Shown in pieces: positions 1 to 10,143 of a stretch of DNA of 64,000 nucleotides (positions are counted from its first letter, which is position 1; the number at the start of each line of letters is the position of its first letter). The notes beneath the pieces were generated by a model. It had not been told where the DNA came from. It saw nothing but the letters and a program-made list of their open reading frames with translations, and made no database searches. The translations under genes were made by a program, and so were the position numbers. Origin of the DNA: Acidobacteriota bacterium (GTDB taxonomy: Bacteria > Actinomycetota > Acidimicrobiia > Spongiisociales > ZC4RG35); contig SMXW01000045.1 in assembly GCA_004356805.1 (NCBI GenBank), forward strand, positions 20,216 through 84,215, given 5' to 3'.

Positions 1-1
1 T

Positions 2-301
2 GTGCTCACCACCACCGGTCACCGCGGCTATGCCGAGACGGCCGTCGGCCGATTCAAGACCGACCTCAAAGGCCCGGTGGTCGTGGTGGTGCGTCCTGAA
101 GATGTTCAGTTGTCAATTGGAGAGACTCCAAACGCTGTCGTTGCCCGGACAGAGTTCTTCGGTCATGATCAATTAGTGACGGTTACCCTGAACGGGGGTA
201 GGAGGATCCGATCCCGGATCGGCCCAAGACCCAGCTTTCAGCTAGGAGACCGCGTCCGGGTAAAGGCGATCCACGCCAGGGTCTATCCGGGCCGCACCTA
301 A
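2..301 (+). CDS. ABC transporter ATP-binding subunit, C-terminal TOBE/MOP-like domain (5' partial; possibly a molybdate-type importer ATPase)
   Basis: The ORF runs off the window start. The C-terminal beta-rich segment (VVVVRPEDV..GDRVRV) looks like the TOBE domains of ModC/PotA-type ATPases. moaA lies nearby. Family assignment from a C-terminal fragment only. Confidence 0.4.
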   Translation: MLTTTGHRGYAETAVGRFKTDLKGPVVVVVRPEDVQLSIGETPNAVVARTEFFGHDQLVTVTLNGGRRIRSRIGPRPSFQLGDRVRVKAIHARVYPGRT

Positions 302-312
302 GGTCGGAGCCA

Positions 313-999
313 ATGGAGTCGGTCCTTTCGATTGTCGCGGCCGTCGCCGCAAGTCTTTTCGCATTTGATCTTTGGAAGGACTATCGCTTGCGTCCAAGGC
401 CGCACGTTGCGGCATATGGCACAGGCATGACCATGTTTGCCGTCGCCACATGGGCGTTGTTCATCGGTGTCACCTTCTCTTGGACAGGGCCCATCTACCG
501 CACCTTCTTCCTGTTTGGCGCCGTTCTCAACATCCCATTTCTGGCCCTCGGCTCGATGTTCCTGGTGGTCGGGAAGCGCTCCGGTCATGTGATGACAGTT
601 GCTCTTGGGGCATTCACCGCCTTCGCCACGACTCTCACCCTGACCGTGCCCTTCCAGCGCCCTCTGCCAGACGGCGGCATCCCGCACGCACGCGACATGT
701 TCGAGGGCGGATTCGGACCCCGACTGTTCGCCTTGATCGGCGGAGCGGTGGGAGTGACGATCCTGATCTTTCTAGCTCTGGTCAGTCTCGTTCGCTTCTG
801 GAATAAGGACCGGAGCATCGTCTGGGGGAACGCACTGATCCTGGCGGGGACACTGTCGGCGGCGTGGGGCGGCACGCGTCTGGCTCTTGGGGATACGAGT
901 GGATTCACCCTCTCCCTTCTCATCGCCGTGACACTCATATGGGCCGGTTACCGAGTCGCCGCTGGCCGTCTTCGTATGGGTCGCGATCTGCGAGCCTGA
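313..999 (+). CDS. hypothetical polytopic membrane protein (about 6 TM)
   Basis: 228-aa ORF with multiple hydrophobic helices and coding-like composition. No recognisable motif. Confidence 0.45.
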   Translation: MESVLSIVAAVAASLFAFDLWKDYRLRPRPHVAAYGTGMTMFAVATWALFIGVTFSWTGPIYRTFFLFGAVLNIPFLALGSMFLVVGKRSGHVMTVALGAFTAFATTLTLTVPFQRPLPDGGIPHARDMFEGGFGPRLFALIGGAVGVTILIFLALVSLVRFWNKDRSIVWGNALILAGTLSAAWGGTRLALGDTSGFTLSLLIAVTLIWAGYRVAAGRLRMGRDLRA

Positions 1000-1111
1000 G
1001 GTTGTTAGAACCGGATACGGGCCGTACAACCTGAGGTTCGCCCTTACCGGGTACGTGACCCACAGCCTGAGGTTGTTAGAACCGGATACGGGCCGTACAA
1101 CCTGAGGTTCG
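995..1111. repeat. tandem direct repeat (2 x 46 bp, period 71 bp), each unit an AGGTTGT-N20-ACAACCT stem-loop
   Basis: cctgaggttgttagaaccggatacgggccgtacaacctgaggttcg occurs at 995-1040 and 1066-1111, between convergent genes (the membrane CDS ends at 999; the moaA stop is at 1116). Confidence 0.6.
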
Positions 1112-1115
1112 GGGT

Positions 1116-2150
1116 TTAGCCGCCGATGTAGGACATTTCGACCGGTGTGCCGATGCGGGATGTCTGAGAGGAGCGAATTTCGGAGTAGCGGTCGTCGCGC
1201 TTGGCCCAGATCTCGTCGATGACCTCACCCACATCGACCCCGGACCGGAGAGCGTCGCGGAGACTGGTGCCGGACGATGCAAAAAGACATGTGTACAGCA
1301 TGCCCTCCGCCGACACCCGCGCCCTGGTGCACGCCCCGCAGAAGGGCTTGGTAACCGATGCGATCACCCCTACCTCGCCCTCGCCGTCGCGATAGCGGAA
1401 CCGTCTGGCGACTTCACCGGGGTAGTTGGCCGGAACTGGCTCCACCGGATAAGCCGAATTGATCGTATCGATGATTTCTGATGCCGGGACAACGTCGTCG
1501 AGACGCCACCCGTTGGTGTTTCCGACGTCCATGAATTCGATGAACCTGACAATATGGCCCGTCCCCCTGAAGTATTCGGCCATGTCGAGGACCGAATGCT
1601 CGTTGACGTCCCTTTGGACAACGCAGTTGACCTTCACCGGCCCGAGTCCGACTTCGACCGCGACGTCGATGGCCTCGAGGACAGTGGCAACAGGGAAACC
1701 CACATCGTTCATTCTCTGGAATGTGGGGTCGTCCATCGCGTCAAGACTCACCGTTACCCGGTCGAGCCCGGCCTCTGCCAGACCTGCCGCCTTTCGCGCC
1801 AACAGAGAGGCGTTGGTGGTAAGGGTCAGGTCGTCAACTCCACCGACCGCTGCGATGGCAGCCACCAGTTCCTCGATCCGCTTGCGTAACAACGGCTCAC
1901 CGCCGGTTATCCGAACCTTGGTGACGCCGCGGGAGACAAACGTGCGGACCAATGAGGTTATCTCCTCAAAGGTGAGCAACTGGTCCCGGGGCAGAAACAC
2001 GTGATCGGGTCCAAATACCTCTTTTGGCATGCAATAGGTGCACCGAAAATTGCAACGATCAGTGACCGAGATCCGAAGATCTCTGAGATGACGGTCAAAC
2101 TGATCGGTTACCCCTGTCATTGGATCAAGAATAAGCCGGAAGACAGACAA
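1116..2150 (-). CDS. moaA: GTP 3',8-cyclase MoaA (radical SAM)
   Basis: CNFRCTYCMP radical-SAM motif. C-terminal GG end and overall MoaA layout. 344 aa. Confidence 0.9.
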   Translation of the reverse strand: MSVFRLILDPMTGVTDQFDRHLRDLRISVTDRCNFRCTYCMPKEVFGPDHVFLPRDQLLTFEEITSLVRTFVSRGVTKVRITGGEPLLRKRIEELVAAIAAVGGVDDLTLTTNASLLARKAAGLAEAGLDRVTVSLDAMDDPTFQRMNDVGFPVATVLEAIDVAVEVGLGPVKVNCVVQRDVNEHSVLDMAEYFRGTGHIVRFIEFMDVGNTNGWRLDDVVPASEIIDTINSAYPVEPVPANYPGEVARRFRYRDGEGEVGVIASVTKPFCGACTRARVSAEGMLYTCLFASSGTSLRDALRSGVDVGEVIDEIWAKRDDRYSEIRSSQTSRIGTPVEMSYIGG

Positions 2151-2190
2151 TGGATTCGAGGTTCTCTATCACAACGCCGACAATACCGAT

Positions 2191-2553
2191 ATGGGGATCT
2201 TCAAGAAGCGCCACAAGGCCGCACAACTCAGCTCGTCCATCGAGTTCGAGCAACTGCTCACCGAGGGTAAGCCGGTTCTGGTCGACTTCATGAAATACGG
2301 CTGTCAGCCTTGTCAGATCATGGATGGCATCGTCAATGAGGTGGCCGACGAGTTCCAGGAAGAGGCCATTGTGGTCAAGGCCAACCTCGACAAGGTGCCG
2401 GACCTTTTCTCCAAGTTCAAGGTGCGATCCACACCGACCTTCGTGCTCCTGACCCCGCAAGGCAATGGTTTGCACCTGAGGTGGCGACAGTCGGGCCTGG
2501 TGAAGAAGGACGTCATGGTCACCAACGTTCAACGGGCGATAGAAAAGCTATAG
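2191..2553 (+). CDS. thioredoxin-like protein (CxxC)
   Basis: 120 aa. CQPC active-site motif in a thioredoxin-fold context (VLVDFMKYGCQPCQIM). Confidence 0.6.
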   Translation: MGIFKKRHKAAQLSSSIEFEQLLTEGKPVLVDFMKYGCQPCQIMDGIVNEVADEFQEEAIVVKANLDKVPDLFSKFKVRSTPTFVLLTPQGNGLHLRWRQSGLVKKDVMVTNVQRAIEKL

Positions 2554-2634
2554 ACCACAGGCCGGAGTCTGGCTCTCAAAACCCTCGGCAACTCGATTCG
2601 AGGCCCTGGTGAAGCAAATGAAGTTCGGTTCTGA

Positions 2635-3816
2635 TCAGGCCTGATTCGGCATTTCAGGTTTGACTTGCCAACTGAGGTACCACCCACCCAGCCCCAGTGG
2701 CAACACGATCAGCGGGATCAGCCATCCCACGATCGGCAGCATCCAGAGGATGCCCACCACCGCAGATCCGGCGAGAACAGCCCCAAAGATCTCGAGCTTC
2801 CTGAACAGCACTCCACCGACCCTGCCGACTGTGGGGATGCCTGCCACCAGCGACGCTGCAAAAACCACTCCGACAGCCGCCAGAACCACGGGTCCGAGGA
2901 TGATGAGCAAGGGAAAGCTCGCCGAAGGTGGAGCGAGAGTGAACAGCAGCGCTCCGATAGCCACCAGGAACAAGGGCGATGCCATGACCACAGCTCCGAG
3001 CAACCACGCCCTCATAGGTGACACTTTCACTTTTTCAATGGCCGCGACGGTCCGAGACGGCCATACCCACGCCGTGCTGAGAGCGGCAATCGTCAGCAAG
3101 AGAACCACAAAGAACCTTCCGAACAGAACGAGCGCCCTGACCCTGATATTGGGTGGCAGCGGTGTCTTGTGCACCACAACCCCGCCCACGTTGGCCATCT
3201 CCAGGCCCTGCGCCGCGGACTCGGACCGGTAGCCGAGATCTCCGGACACCGTCAGATCGTCGACGACGGTCAGCTGCCCGACCGAGACGTCGACATCATT
3301 CTCAACCGAACCGGCGATTGCCAGAGTTCGTTGACTGCCCTCCAGATCCTTTCCAATGTGACCAAGTGCCTCCATGTCGAGCACCCAGGCCAGCACGTCG
3401 CCACCAACTGAAGAGCTTTCTGCAAGCCGGACATCCAGGGCTGTCACCACGATGTCTCTGCCGACGCTCCCGTTCACGACAAGCGATCTCGCAATCACCC
3501 GGAGTGCTCCACCGACCGACCCGTTGATCGTCACCCTGGGAGCCACCGCTGTCACCGAGCCGGTGACCGTCCCCTCTAGGACGACCTCCTCCGCGGCAAC
3601 GGCGATCAAGTCCCCATCGATCTCGCCATCGATCGACACCTTGATCGCTCCCGCGTAGAGATCGTCCTCGAGAAGGTCGCCGGGCCGAATGATGACGAAC
3701 TCAGAGTTCGCGGTCTCTGCCGCCTGTACCGGTGTTGTCGCTCCGACAAGGACAACCCCCGCGGCCAAGCCGAAGAGGAGAGGCCTAAAGCGAAAAGGCA
3801 TCAGCCGCCAGGTCAA
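2635..3816 (-). CDS. bactofilin-like (polymer-forming beta-helix repeat) protein with signal peptide and C-terminal 5-TM domain
   Basis: N-terminal signal/TM segment. Repeated G-x-V-x-G/D-D beta-helix units (GSVGGALRV.. GSVGRDIVV.. GDVLAWVLD..), then hydrophobic helices. The start overlaps the nuoN stop by 32 nt. Confidence 0.5.
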   Translation of the reverse strand: MTWRLMPFRFRPLLFGLAAGVVLVGATTPVQAAETANSEFVIIRPGDLLEDDLYAGAIKVSIDGEIDGDLIAVAAEEVVLEGTVTGSVTAVAPRVTINGSVGGALRVIARSLVVNGSVGRDIVVTALDVRLAESSSVGGDVLAWVLDMEALGHIGKDLEGSQRTLAIAGSVENDVDVSVGQLTVVDDLTVSGDLGYRSESAAQGLEMANVGGVVVHKTPLPPNIRVRALVLFGRFFVVLLLTIAALSTAWVWPSRTVAAIEKVKVSPMRAWLLGAVVMASPLFLVAIGALLFTLAPPSASFPLLIILGPVVLAAVGVVFAASLVAGIPTVGRVGGVLFRKLEIFGAVLAGSAVVGILWMLPIVGWLIPLIVLPLGLGGWYLSWQVKPEMPNQA

Positions 3817-5251
3817 TGAGCGGCGCCGGCAGAATGCCGGCTAGAACCGTTCCGGCCACGGCGATCGTAAGCACCCAGCGGGCGGCCAACGAGACCACGA
3901 TCCCTTCTTCCTCCGTCTCGTCCATGTACATCGCGACGATGACACGCAGATAGAAGGCGAAGGAGATGACCGAGGCCAGAAGCGCAACTATCACCAACCA
4001 CCCGTAGCCATTCGCCCACGCTTCGCTGAAAACACCAAACTTGGCAACGAACCCCGACGTGAGCGGCAGACCGGCCATACCCAGCAAAAGAACAGCAAAC
4101 GCTGCCCCGAGAGCCGGGCTCCTACGGGCCAGTCCCCGGTACTCGTCGATTGAAGAGCCAGAGCTACTTGGGCCGCTCACCACCGCCACCACCGCGAACG
4201 CCCCGATCAGCTGGATCGCGTAGACGGTCACGTAGAAGAGCATCCCTGTGGTGGCTCCCCCAACGATCCCGGTCAGGATGAATCCGGCATGAGCGACACC
4301 CGAATAGGCCAACAGTCGGCGAACGTCACTTTGGACAAGAGCGATCGTCGAACCGACGAGCATCGAGAGGGCCGAGATTCCGGCGATCACCGGAAGCCAA
4401 CTGTCGTCGAGTTGGGGGACTGCTGTGAGCAGAATCCGGGCCATCGCCAGGAACCCGGCGATCTTGGCCATCGCTGCCATATACCCGACCACACCGGATG
4501 GGGCACCCTGATACACGTCGGGAGCCCAGCTGTGAAACGGCGCTGCGGACACCTTGAAGCCGAGCCCGACGATGATCAGAGCGAGTCCTATCAGGATCAC
4601 GGCCGGTCTGGTGACTATGAACTCCGTGAAGAACTGTCGTATCGCAAGTATCTCGAGTTGACCGGTTCCCGCGTACAGAAGGGCCACTCCGTATATGAAG
4701 ATTGCCGACGCAAAGGATCCAAGCAAGAAGTACTTCATCGCAGCCTCGTCGGCCTTGGTCTTCTCCTCGGTCAATCCGGCAAGGATATAGAGCGAGATCG
4801 AGCCGATCTCTAGACCAAGAAACATCATCACGAGGTTGTTGGAGGCGACCATGATCGAGAATCCGGTCGTGGCCAGGAGAACCAGGGCGATTGCCTCGGC
4901 ACCCCGTCGATTGAGGCGCTCGACAAGCCTCCACCCTGCGAGCAATCCAAGCCCCGCCATCACCAGCAACACGAAACGACCGAACACAGCGAACCCGTCC
5001 ATGACGATCATGCCGGAAAAGGCCACCAGTTCGTCAAGACCGCCGACCTCGAGAGCATCTCCCGCCTGAGCCCATTGCAGAAAAGTGAAAAAGATCGCGA
5101 TTACCAGAGTGATTGCAGAAATGGCACCCAGCACACGTGTGGCCGGCTTCCATTGAACCTCGACGAGGAGAACCCCAACGGCTCCGAGCGCAAGCACGAG
5201 TTCGGGAAGGATGGCGATCCAGCTGACCTCGGGCGTGGTGATCTCGATCAC
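3785..5251 (-). CDS. nuoN: NADH-quinone oxidoreductase subunit N
   Basis: 488-aa antiporter-like subunit. Last gene of the nuo run. Confidence 0.9.
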   Translation of the reverse strand: MIEITTPEVSWIAILPELVLALGAVGVLLVEVQWKPATRVLGAISAITLVIAIFFTFLQWAQAGDALEVGGLDELVAFSGMIVMDGFAVFGRFVLLVMAGLGLLAGWRLVERLNRRGAEAIALVLLATTGFSIMVASNNLVMMFLGLEIGSISLYILAGLTEEKTKADEAAMKYFLLGSFASAIFIYGVALLYAGTGQLEILAIRQFFTEFIVTRPAVILIGLALIIVGLGFKVSAAPFHSWAPDVYQGAPSGVVGYMAAMAKIAGFLAMARILLTAVPQLDDSWLPVIAGISALSMLVGSTIALVQSDVRRLLAYSGVAHAGFILTGIVGGATTGMLFYVTVYAIQLIGAFAVVAVVSGPSSSGSSIDEYRGLARRSPALGAAFAVLLLGMAGLPLTSGFVAKFGVFSEAWANGYGWLVIVALLASVISFAFYLRVIVAMYMDETEEEGIVVSLAARWVLTIAVAGTVLAGILPAPLIDLAADAFSL

Positions 5252-6780
5252 TCGTGATCACCACCAGCCACCAAAACATCGCCAAGTCTTCCCGGCTCCG
5301 GTATCACGAACTCGGTTTGTTCTTCGATGTGATCGAGGAGGGCCTCGGTTGATGGGGCGATCTTGTCGAGAAGGACGTTCGGGTAGAGACCGATCACGAG
5401 AACCAGGATGGCGAGTGGAGCGAGGAGCGAGATCTCTCGAATCGAGAGATCGGAAAGCGCGATGTTCTCCTCCTTGTCGGGAACCCCTGTGAACACTCGC
5501 TCATAGGCCCAGAGCATGTAGATCGCCGCGAGCACAACCCCAATGGCGGCGACGATGGCGAGGGCCGGAAGAGTCGAATAGCTGCCTACGAGAATCAGAA
5601 ACTCGCCAACGAAACCGTTGAGACCGGGAAGGCCGATCGAAGCGAAGATCATGAATAGGAAAAACCCTGCAAAGACGGGCATCACCTTTTGCAAGCCGCC
5701 GAACTCGGAAATCTGCTTCGTATGACGGCGCTCGTAGATCATCCCAACGAGAAGGAAGAGAGCCCCGGTAACTAGTCCGTGATTGACGTTCTGGATCACG
5801 GCCCCCTGAAGACTTCCCGAGGTGAGGGCGAACGTTCCGAGGACGATGAACCCGAGATGGCTAACCGATGAATAGGCGATGAGCCTTTTCAGGTCAGGCT
5901 GGACGATGGCCACGACAGCGCCATAGATAATGCCAATTACGGCGAGTGTCCCCATGATCCAGGCCGCATCAACAGAGGCCTCAGGGAACAGGGAGAGATT
6001 GAATCGCAGCAGCCCGTAGGTGCCCAGTTTCAACAGCACGGCTGCCAAGAGGACCGATCCAGCGGTAGGGGCCTCGGTGTGAGCGTCTGGTAGCCAGGTG
6101 TGGACCGGGAAAAGGGGAACCTTGATGGCAAAGGCCAGGGCGAACGCGACAAACAGCCACCGCTCCGCACTCGTTGACAACTGCACGTTCATCAGATCCG
6201 AAAGGGCGAAGGAGGCCGAACCGAACTGGTCGGCATACGTGACGGCAAGAGCGATGATTCCGGCAAGCAGCAGGGCCGAGCCGAATGCGGTGAAAATGAA
6301 GAACTTCATCGCCGCATAGATCCGCCGGTCGCTCCCCCAGATACCGATGATGAAGTACATCGGAATGAGAATCGCCTCGAAAAAGACGAAGAAGAGAAAG
6401 AGGTCGAGAGCCAGGAACACGCCGATCATGCCCGCCTCGAGAAGAAGCGTGTACACCACAAACTCCTTGGTTCGTCGGGTGATCGACGTCGAAGCGGCCA
6501 AGGCGATCGGCACCAGGATCGCAGTAAGGAGCACCATCGGCATCGAAACGCCGTCTATGCCAAGACTCCAGCTGATGCCCCACGGTTCATACCAAACGGC
6601 TTCCTGGACGAACTGATATTCGGCAATGGGCTCAAAGACCCAGAAGACGTATCCGGCGAGAGCCAGCGGGAGCACCGCGAGAGCGACGCCCAGCGGTAAG
6701 TGCAACTCCTTGAGACGCCCTGGCACGAGGGCGACGATCGCCGCGCCAATGACAGGCAGAGCGATGAGCCAGGTCAACAT
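5248..6780 (-). CDS. nuoM: NADH-quinone oxidoreductase subunit M
   Basis: Antiporter-like subunit. The true start is MLTWLIALPV at 6780, forming TGATG with the nuoL stop. The upstream 34 codons of the ORF call are Arg/Gly-rich run-in. Confidence 0.9.
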   Translation of the reverse strand: MLTWLIALPVIGAAIVALVPGRLKELHLPLGVALAVLPLALAGYVFWVFEPIAEYQFVQEAVWYEPWGISWSLGIDGVSMPMVLLTAILVPIALAASTSITRRTKEFVVYTLLLEAGMIGVFLALDLFLFFVFFEAILIPMYFIIGIWGSDRRIYAAMKFFIFTAFGSALLLAGIIALAVTYADQFGSASFALSDLMNVQLSTSAERWLFVAFALAFAIKVPLFPVHTWLPDAHTEAPTAGSVLLAAVLLKLGTYGLLRFNLSLFPEASVDAAWIMGTLAVIGIIYGAVVAIVQPDLKRLIAYSSVSHLGFIVLGTFALTSGSLQGAVIQNVNHGLVTGALFLLVGMIYERRHTKQISEFGGLQKVMPVFAGFFLFMIFASIGLPGLNGFVGEFLILVGSYSTLPALAIVAAIGVVLAAIYMLWAYERVFTGVPDKEENIALSDLSIREISLLAPLAILVLVIGLYPNVLLDKIAPSTEALLDHIEEQTEFVIPEPGRLGDVLVAGGDHE

Positions 6781-8666
6781 CAGACGCCCGCCACCACGAG
6801 CCAGATGACCACGACAACGGCCCCACCGAGAAACAGAGCGCCGTAGTTGCGGACGTATCCCGTCTGAAGAGGCCTCACCCATGCCCCAAAATCGCGCACC
6901 AGCCGGGCTACGCCATTGACGGCACCATCGATGATCGGGACGTCGAATCCGAAGGCAGTGGCATCCGCTGCCCTCTTACCTGGTGCCACGAGGACTCGCC
7001 CGTAGATGTCATCGACCCCATAAGCGTCTTCCCAGATACCCCAGATCGGTTGCAGCCCTTCCTCGAGCCGTTGCCAATCTTGCGGTGGCCGGCGGTAGGT
7101 GAGCCAGGCCGCAAGGATCCCGGCGGCTCCGGCAAGCACGGAAAGAAGGGAAACCACAACCAGGATCAATACGTTTTCCGGAGGCTGCCCGACACTTATC
7201 AACTCGAAGCTGGGCTCGAGGAAGCTCTCCAAAGTGAGACGGATCGGTGTGTTGGTCAGGCCACCGATAGTGGACAAGACCGCCAGGACAATCAGCGGCA
7301 CGGTCATCACCCGTGGTGACTCGTGGGGGTCAACACCCCCATCCCATCGGGGCTTGCCGAGGAAGATGAGCATGAACAATCTCGTCATGTAGAAGCCGGT
7401 TATCAGCGCGGTAACCAACCCGATCACCCAGAGGACGGAGAACCATCCGCCCCTCTCGAACACGGAGGCGAGAATCTCGTCCTTGGACCAGAAACCGCCA
7501 AGTGGTGGGATGCCGGCAATGGCCAACGTGGCGATCCCCATCGTGATCCCGGTGACCCTCATCTTCTTGAAGAGCCCACCCATCTTGGCCATGTCCTGCT
7601 CACCGTTCATGGCGTGGATAACGGACCCGGCACCCAGGAAGAGAAGCGCCTTGAAGAAGGCATGAGTCATCAGGTGGAAGAGTCCGGCGAAATATGCGGT
7701 GGTCCCCACGGCAAGAACCATGTAGCCAAGTTGGGAGATGGTCGAGTACGCCAACACCTTCTTGATGTCGCGTTGGGAGATGGCGATGGTCGCCGCCCAG
7801 AGAGCGGTGAGGGCGCCAACGGTGGCCACGATCGTCTGAGCAGCCGGTGACAACTCGAAGATGGCCGCGGAGCGGGCAATCAGGTAGATGCCGGCGGTCA
7901 CCATCGTGGCCGCATGGATGAGAGCCGAGACCGGAGCGGGGCCTTCCATGGCATCTGGCAGCCACACGTAGAGCGGTATCTGAGCAGACTTGCCTACGGC
8001 TCCGGCAAAAAGGAGCAGGGCAATGGCTGTCGCCATGCCTGTGGTCAGCTCAGCGCCGGCCCGCTCAAAGACTCCGGCGTAGGAGAGTGTTCCGAAAGCG
8101 GCAAAGATCAACATCAGAGCGATGAGAAAACCGAAGTCACCAATCCGGTTGACGATGAAGGCCTTCTTGGCCGCAGATGCAGCCGAAGGTCTCACGAACC
8201 AGAAGCCGATGAGCAGATAGGAGCAAAGACCCACCAACTCCCACCCGAGAAAGAGCATGGCGTAGTTACCGGCGAGGACGAGGGTCAGCATCGAAGCCGC
8301 AAACAGATTGAGGTAAGTGAAGAAGCGGGAGAACCGTTCGTCGCCGCGCATGTAGCCGATGGCGAACACGTGAATCAGGGCACCAACTCCAGTGACGACC
8401 ATCGCCATGAAGGCCGCCAGGGGATCCCAGAGCATCTCGAGGTTGGCTCCGATCGCCGGCATCCACTCCCAGAGCAGCACGGTGGATCCGTGCTCACCTC
8501 CCTGGAAGAACGGAATCGCGGCGACGAGTGCAACTACGAACGAGGAGGCGATCGCCCCCGACGCCAGCCAGCCACTCCAGGGCTCTTTGATGTAACGACC
8601 AAAGAAGTGAAGGAACACCGCGCCCAGGAGAGGCAGCGCAATGATGAGCCAGATGACCTCGATCAC
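6780..8666 (-). CDS. nuoL: NADH-quinone oxidoreductase subunit L
   Basis: 628-aa antiporter-like subunit with long C-terminal extension. Start MIEVIWLIIALPLLG. Confidence 0.9.
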   Translation of the reverse strand: MIEVIWLIIALPLLGAVFLHFFGRYIKEPWSGWLASGAIASSFVVALVAAIPFFQGGEHGSTVLLWEWMPAIGANLEMLWDPLAAFMAMVVTGVGALIHVFAIGYMRGDERFSRFFTYLNLFAASMLTLVLAGNYAMLFLGWELVGLCSYLLIGFWFVRPSAASAAKKAFIVNRIGDFGFLIALMLIFAAFGTLSYAGVFERAGAELTTGMATAIALLLFAGAVGKSAQIPLYVWLPDAMEGPAPVSALIHAATMVTAGIYLIARSAAIFELSPAAQTIVATVGALTALWAATIAISQRDIKKVLAYSTISQLGYMVLAVGTTAYFAGLFHLMTHAFFKALLFLGAGSVIHAMNGEQDMAKMGGLFKKMRVTGITMGIATLAIAGIPPLGGFWSKDEILASVFERGGWFSVLWVIGLVTALITGFYMTRLFMLIFLGKPRWDGGVDPHESPRVMTVPLIVLAVLSTIGGLTNTPIRLTLESFLEPSFELISVGQPPENVLILVVVSLLSVLAGAAGILAAWLTYRRPPQDWQRLEEGLQPIWGIWEDAYGVDDIYGRVLVAPGKRAADATAFGFDVPIIDGAVNGVARLVRDFGAWVRPLQTGYVRNYGALFLGGAVVVVIWLVVAGV

Positions 8667-8668
8667 AC

Positions 8669-8974
8669 CTAGCCCCTCAACTCGGAGAGCTCGTCGACAG
8701 AAGCGGTCGCCCTTCTCCGGAATACGGCCACGATGATCGCCAATCCGACAACGACCTCTGCAGCCGCGACCACCAAGACAAAGAACACCGCGACCTGGCC
8801 GTTGAGGTCATTCAGTGCCCGACCGGCCGAGACCAGGGTCAGATTCACGGCATTGAGCATGAGCTCGATGCACATGAACATCACGAGGGCGTTGCGCCGC
8901 AACAACAGACCAAGGGCACCGATGAGGAAGAGTGCTGCCGCCAAGGCCATGTACCAACCGGCGGCGACAATCAT
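8669..8974 (-). CDS. nuoK: NADH-quinone oxidoreductase subunit K
   Basis: 101 aa, 3 TM. Conserved ELMLNAVNL motif. Confidence 0.9.
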   Translation of the reverse strand: MIVAAGWYMALAAALFLIGALGLLLRRNALVMFMCIELMLNAVNLTLVSAGRALNDLNGQVAVFFVLVVAAAEVVVGLAIIVAVFRRRATASVDELSELRG

Positions 8975-9492
8975 GCCTGCTCCCTGCGGTGGTGAGCCAG
9001 GCCGATCGCCCCCGCCGCGGCAATGGTCAAAAGCAACGCCGTCGCCTCGAACGCCAGCACCCAGTCGGTGAACAGCAGCTCAGCGATCGCCTGAATGGTT
9101 CCGTTGGTCGCTTCCGGGATCGTATTCGTCGCTGCCGGAACCCAATCGAAATTGCCGAAGACCGTCAAGGCCCCGGCAAAGAGAACGATCACACCCCCAA
9201 GCCCACCGACGAAGGCCCGTTGATAGGGCAGCTTCTCGTCCCAGTCCTCGGACTTGTCGACACCGATCAGCATGATCACAAAGAGGAAGAGGGTCAGGAC
9301 TGCTCCGGCGTAGACGATCACCTGGACGGCGGCTACCAGATGAGCCAATTGCAGCACATAGAGAACAGCCACCGAGAAAAGAGTTCCCAGGAGTCCCATC
9401 GCCGAATAGACCGGGTTGCGAGCAGCCACGATGGCTACCGCTCCGACAAGGGCGCCTATCGCCATGAGGACGAAAAGGATCGTCTCAGCCAT
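8971..9492 (-). CDS. nuoJ: NADH-quinone oxidoreductase subunit J
   Basis: 173-aa membrane subunit between nuoI and nuoK. Confidence 0.85.
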   Translation of the reverse strand: MAETILFVLMAIGALVGAVAIVAARNPVYSAMGLLGTLFSVAVLYVLQLAHLVAAVQVIVYAGAVLTLFLFVIMLIGVDKSEDWDEKLPYQRAFVGGLGGVIVLFAGALTVFGNFDWVPAATNTIPEATNGTIQAIAELLFTDWVLAFEATALLLTIAAAGAIGLAHHRREQA

Positions 9493-10141
9493 CGTCGTCC
9501 TCGGTGGGTGACCGTGCGTCGAGCTCGCTCTGGCCGGGCTCCGGGTCCCAGTCCCCCGGGCCAGGAGTCCCCTGCCACATCTTCACACCCTGGTAGGAGG
9601 CCATGCCGGAGGGGGCGGTGGCCTTGACCCAACCATCGGCGACTGCAAGCTCATCCATGTCGGCCAGCTCGTCATCGGGGAACATATGAGGCACTCCCCC
9701 TTTTTCGTCCATGAGAAGGGTCTCTCTGGTGTAGATCGCGTCCTCGCGGTTTGTGGTCGACATCTCAAAGAGGTGAGTCATCGTGATGGCCTCGGTCGGA
9801 CAAGCCTCCACGCAGAGCGCGCAGAAGATGCAGCGGAGCATGTTGATCTCATAGACGAAACCGAACCGCTCACCGGGTGACGTCGGGTTCTCGGGATCGT
9901 TGTCCATCCCACGCACAAAGATGCACTTGGCCGGGCACACTCCGGCACAGAGCTCACATCCGATGCACTTCTCCATGCCGTCGGGATACCGGTTGAGCAC
10001 ATGACGCCCGTGGAAGCGCGGCGGCTTCTGACGCATCTCTTTGGGGTACTCCGTTGTCACCAGTTCCTCGCCGGTGATGGTGCGGAGCATCGTCCCGCCG
10101 GTGACTCTGAGCCCTTTGATGAATTCTCTGATCACACCCAT
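9485..10141 (-). CDS. nuoI: NADH-quinone oxidoreductase subunit I (2x[4Fe-4S])
   Basis: CIGCELCAGVCP and CIFCALCVEACP ferredoxin motifs. Acidic C-terminal tail. Confidence 0.9.
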   Translation of the reverse strand: MGVIREFIKGLRVTGGTMLRTITGEELVTTEYPKEMRQKPPRFHGRHVLNRYPDGMEKCIGCELCAGVCPAKCIFVRGMDNDPENPTSPGERFGFVYEINMLRCIFCALCVEACPTEAITMTHLFEMSTTNREDAIYTRETLLMDEKGGVPHMFPDDELADMDELAVADGWVKATAPSGMASYQGVKMWQGTPGPGDWDPEPGQSELDARSPTEDDDG

Positions 10142-10143
10142 CG

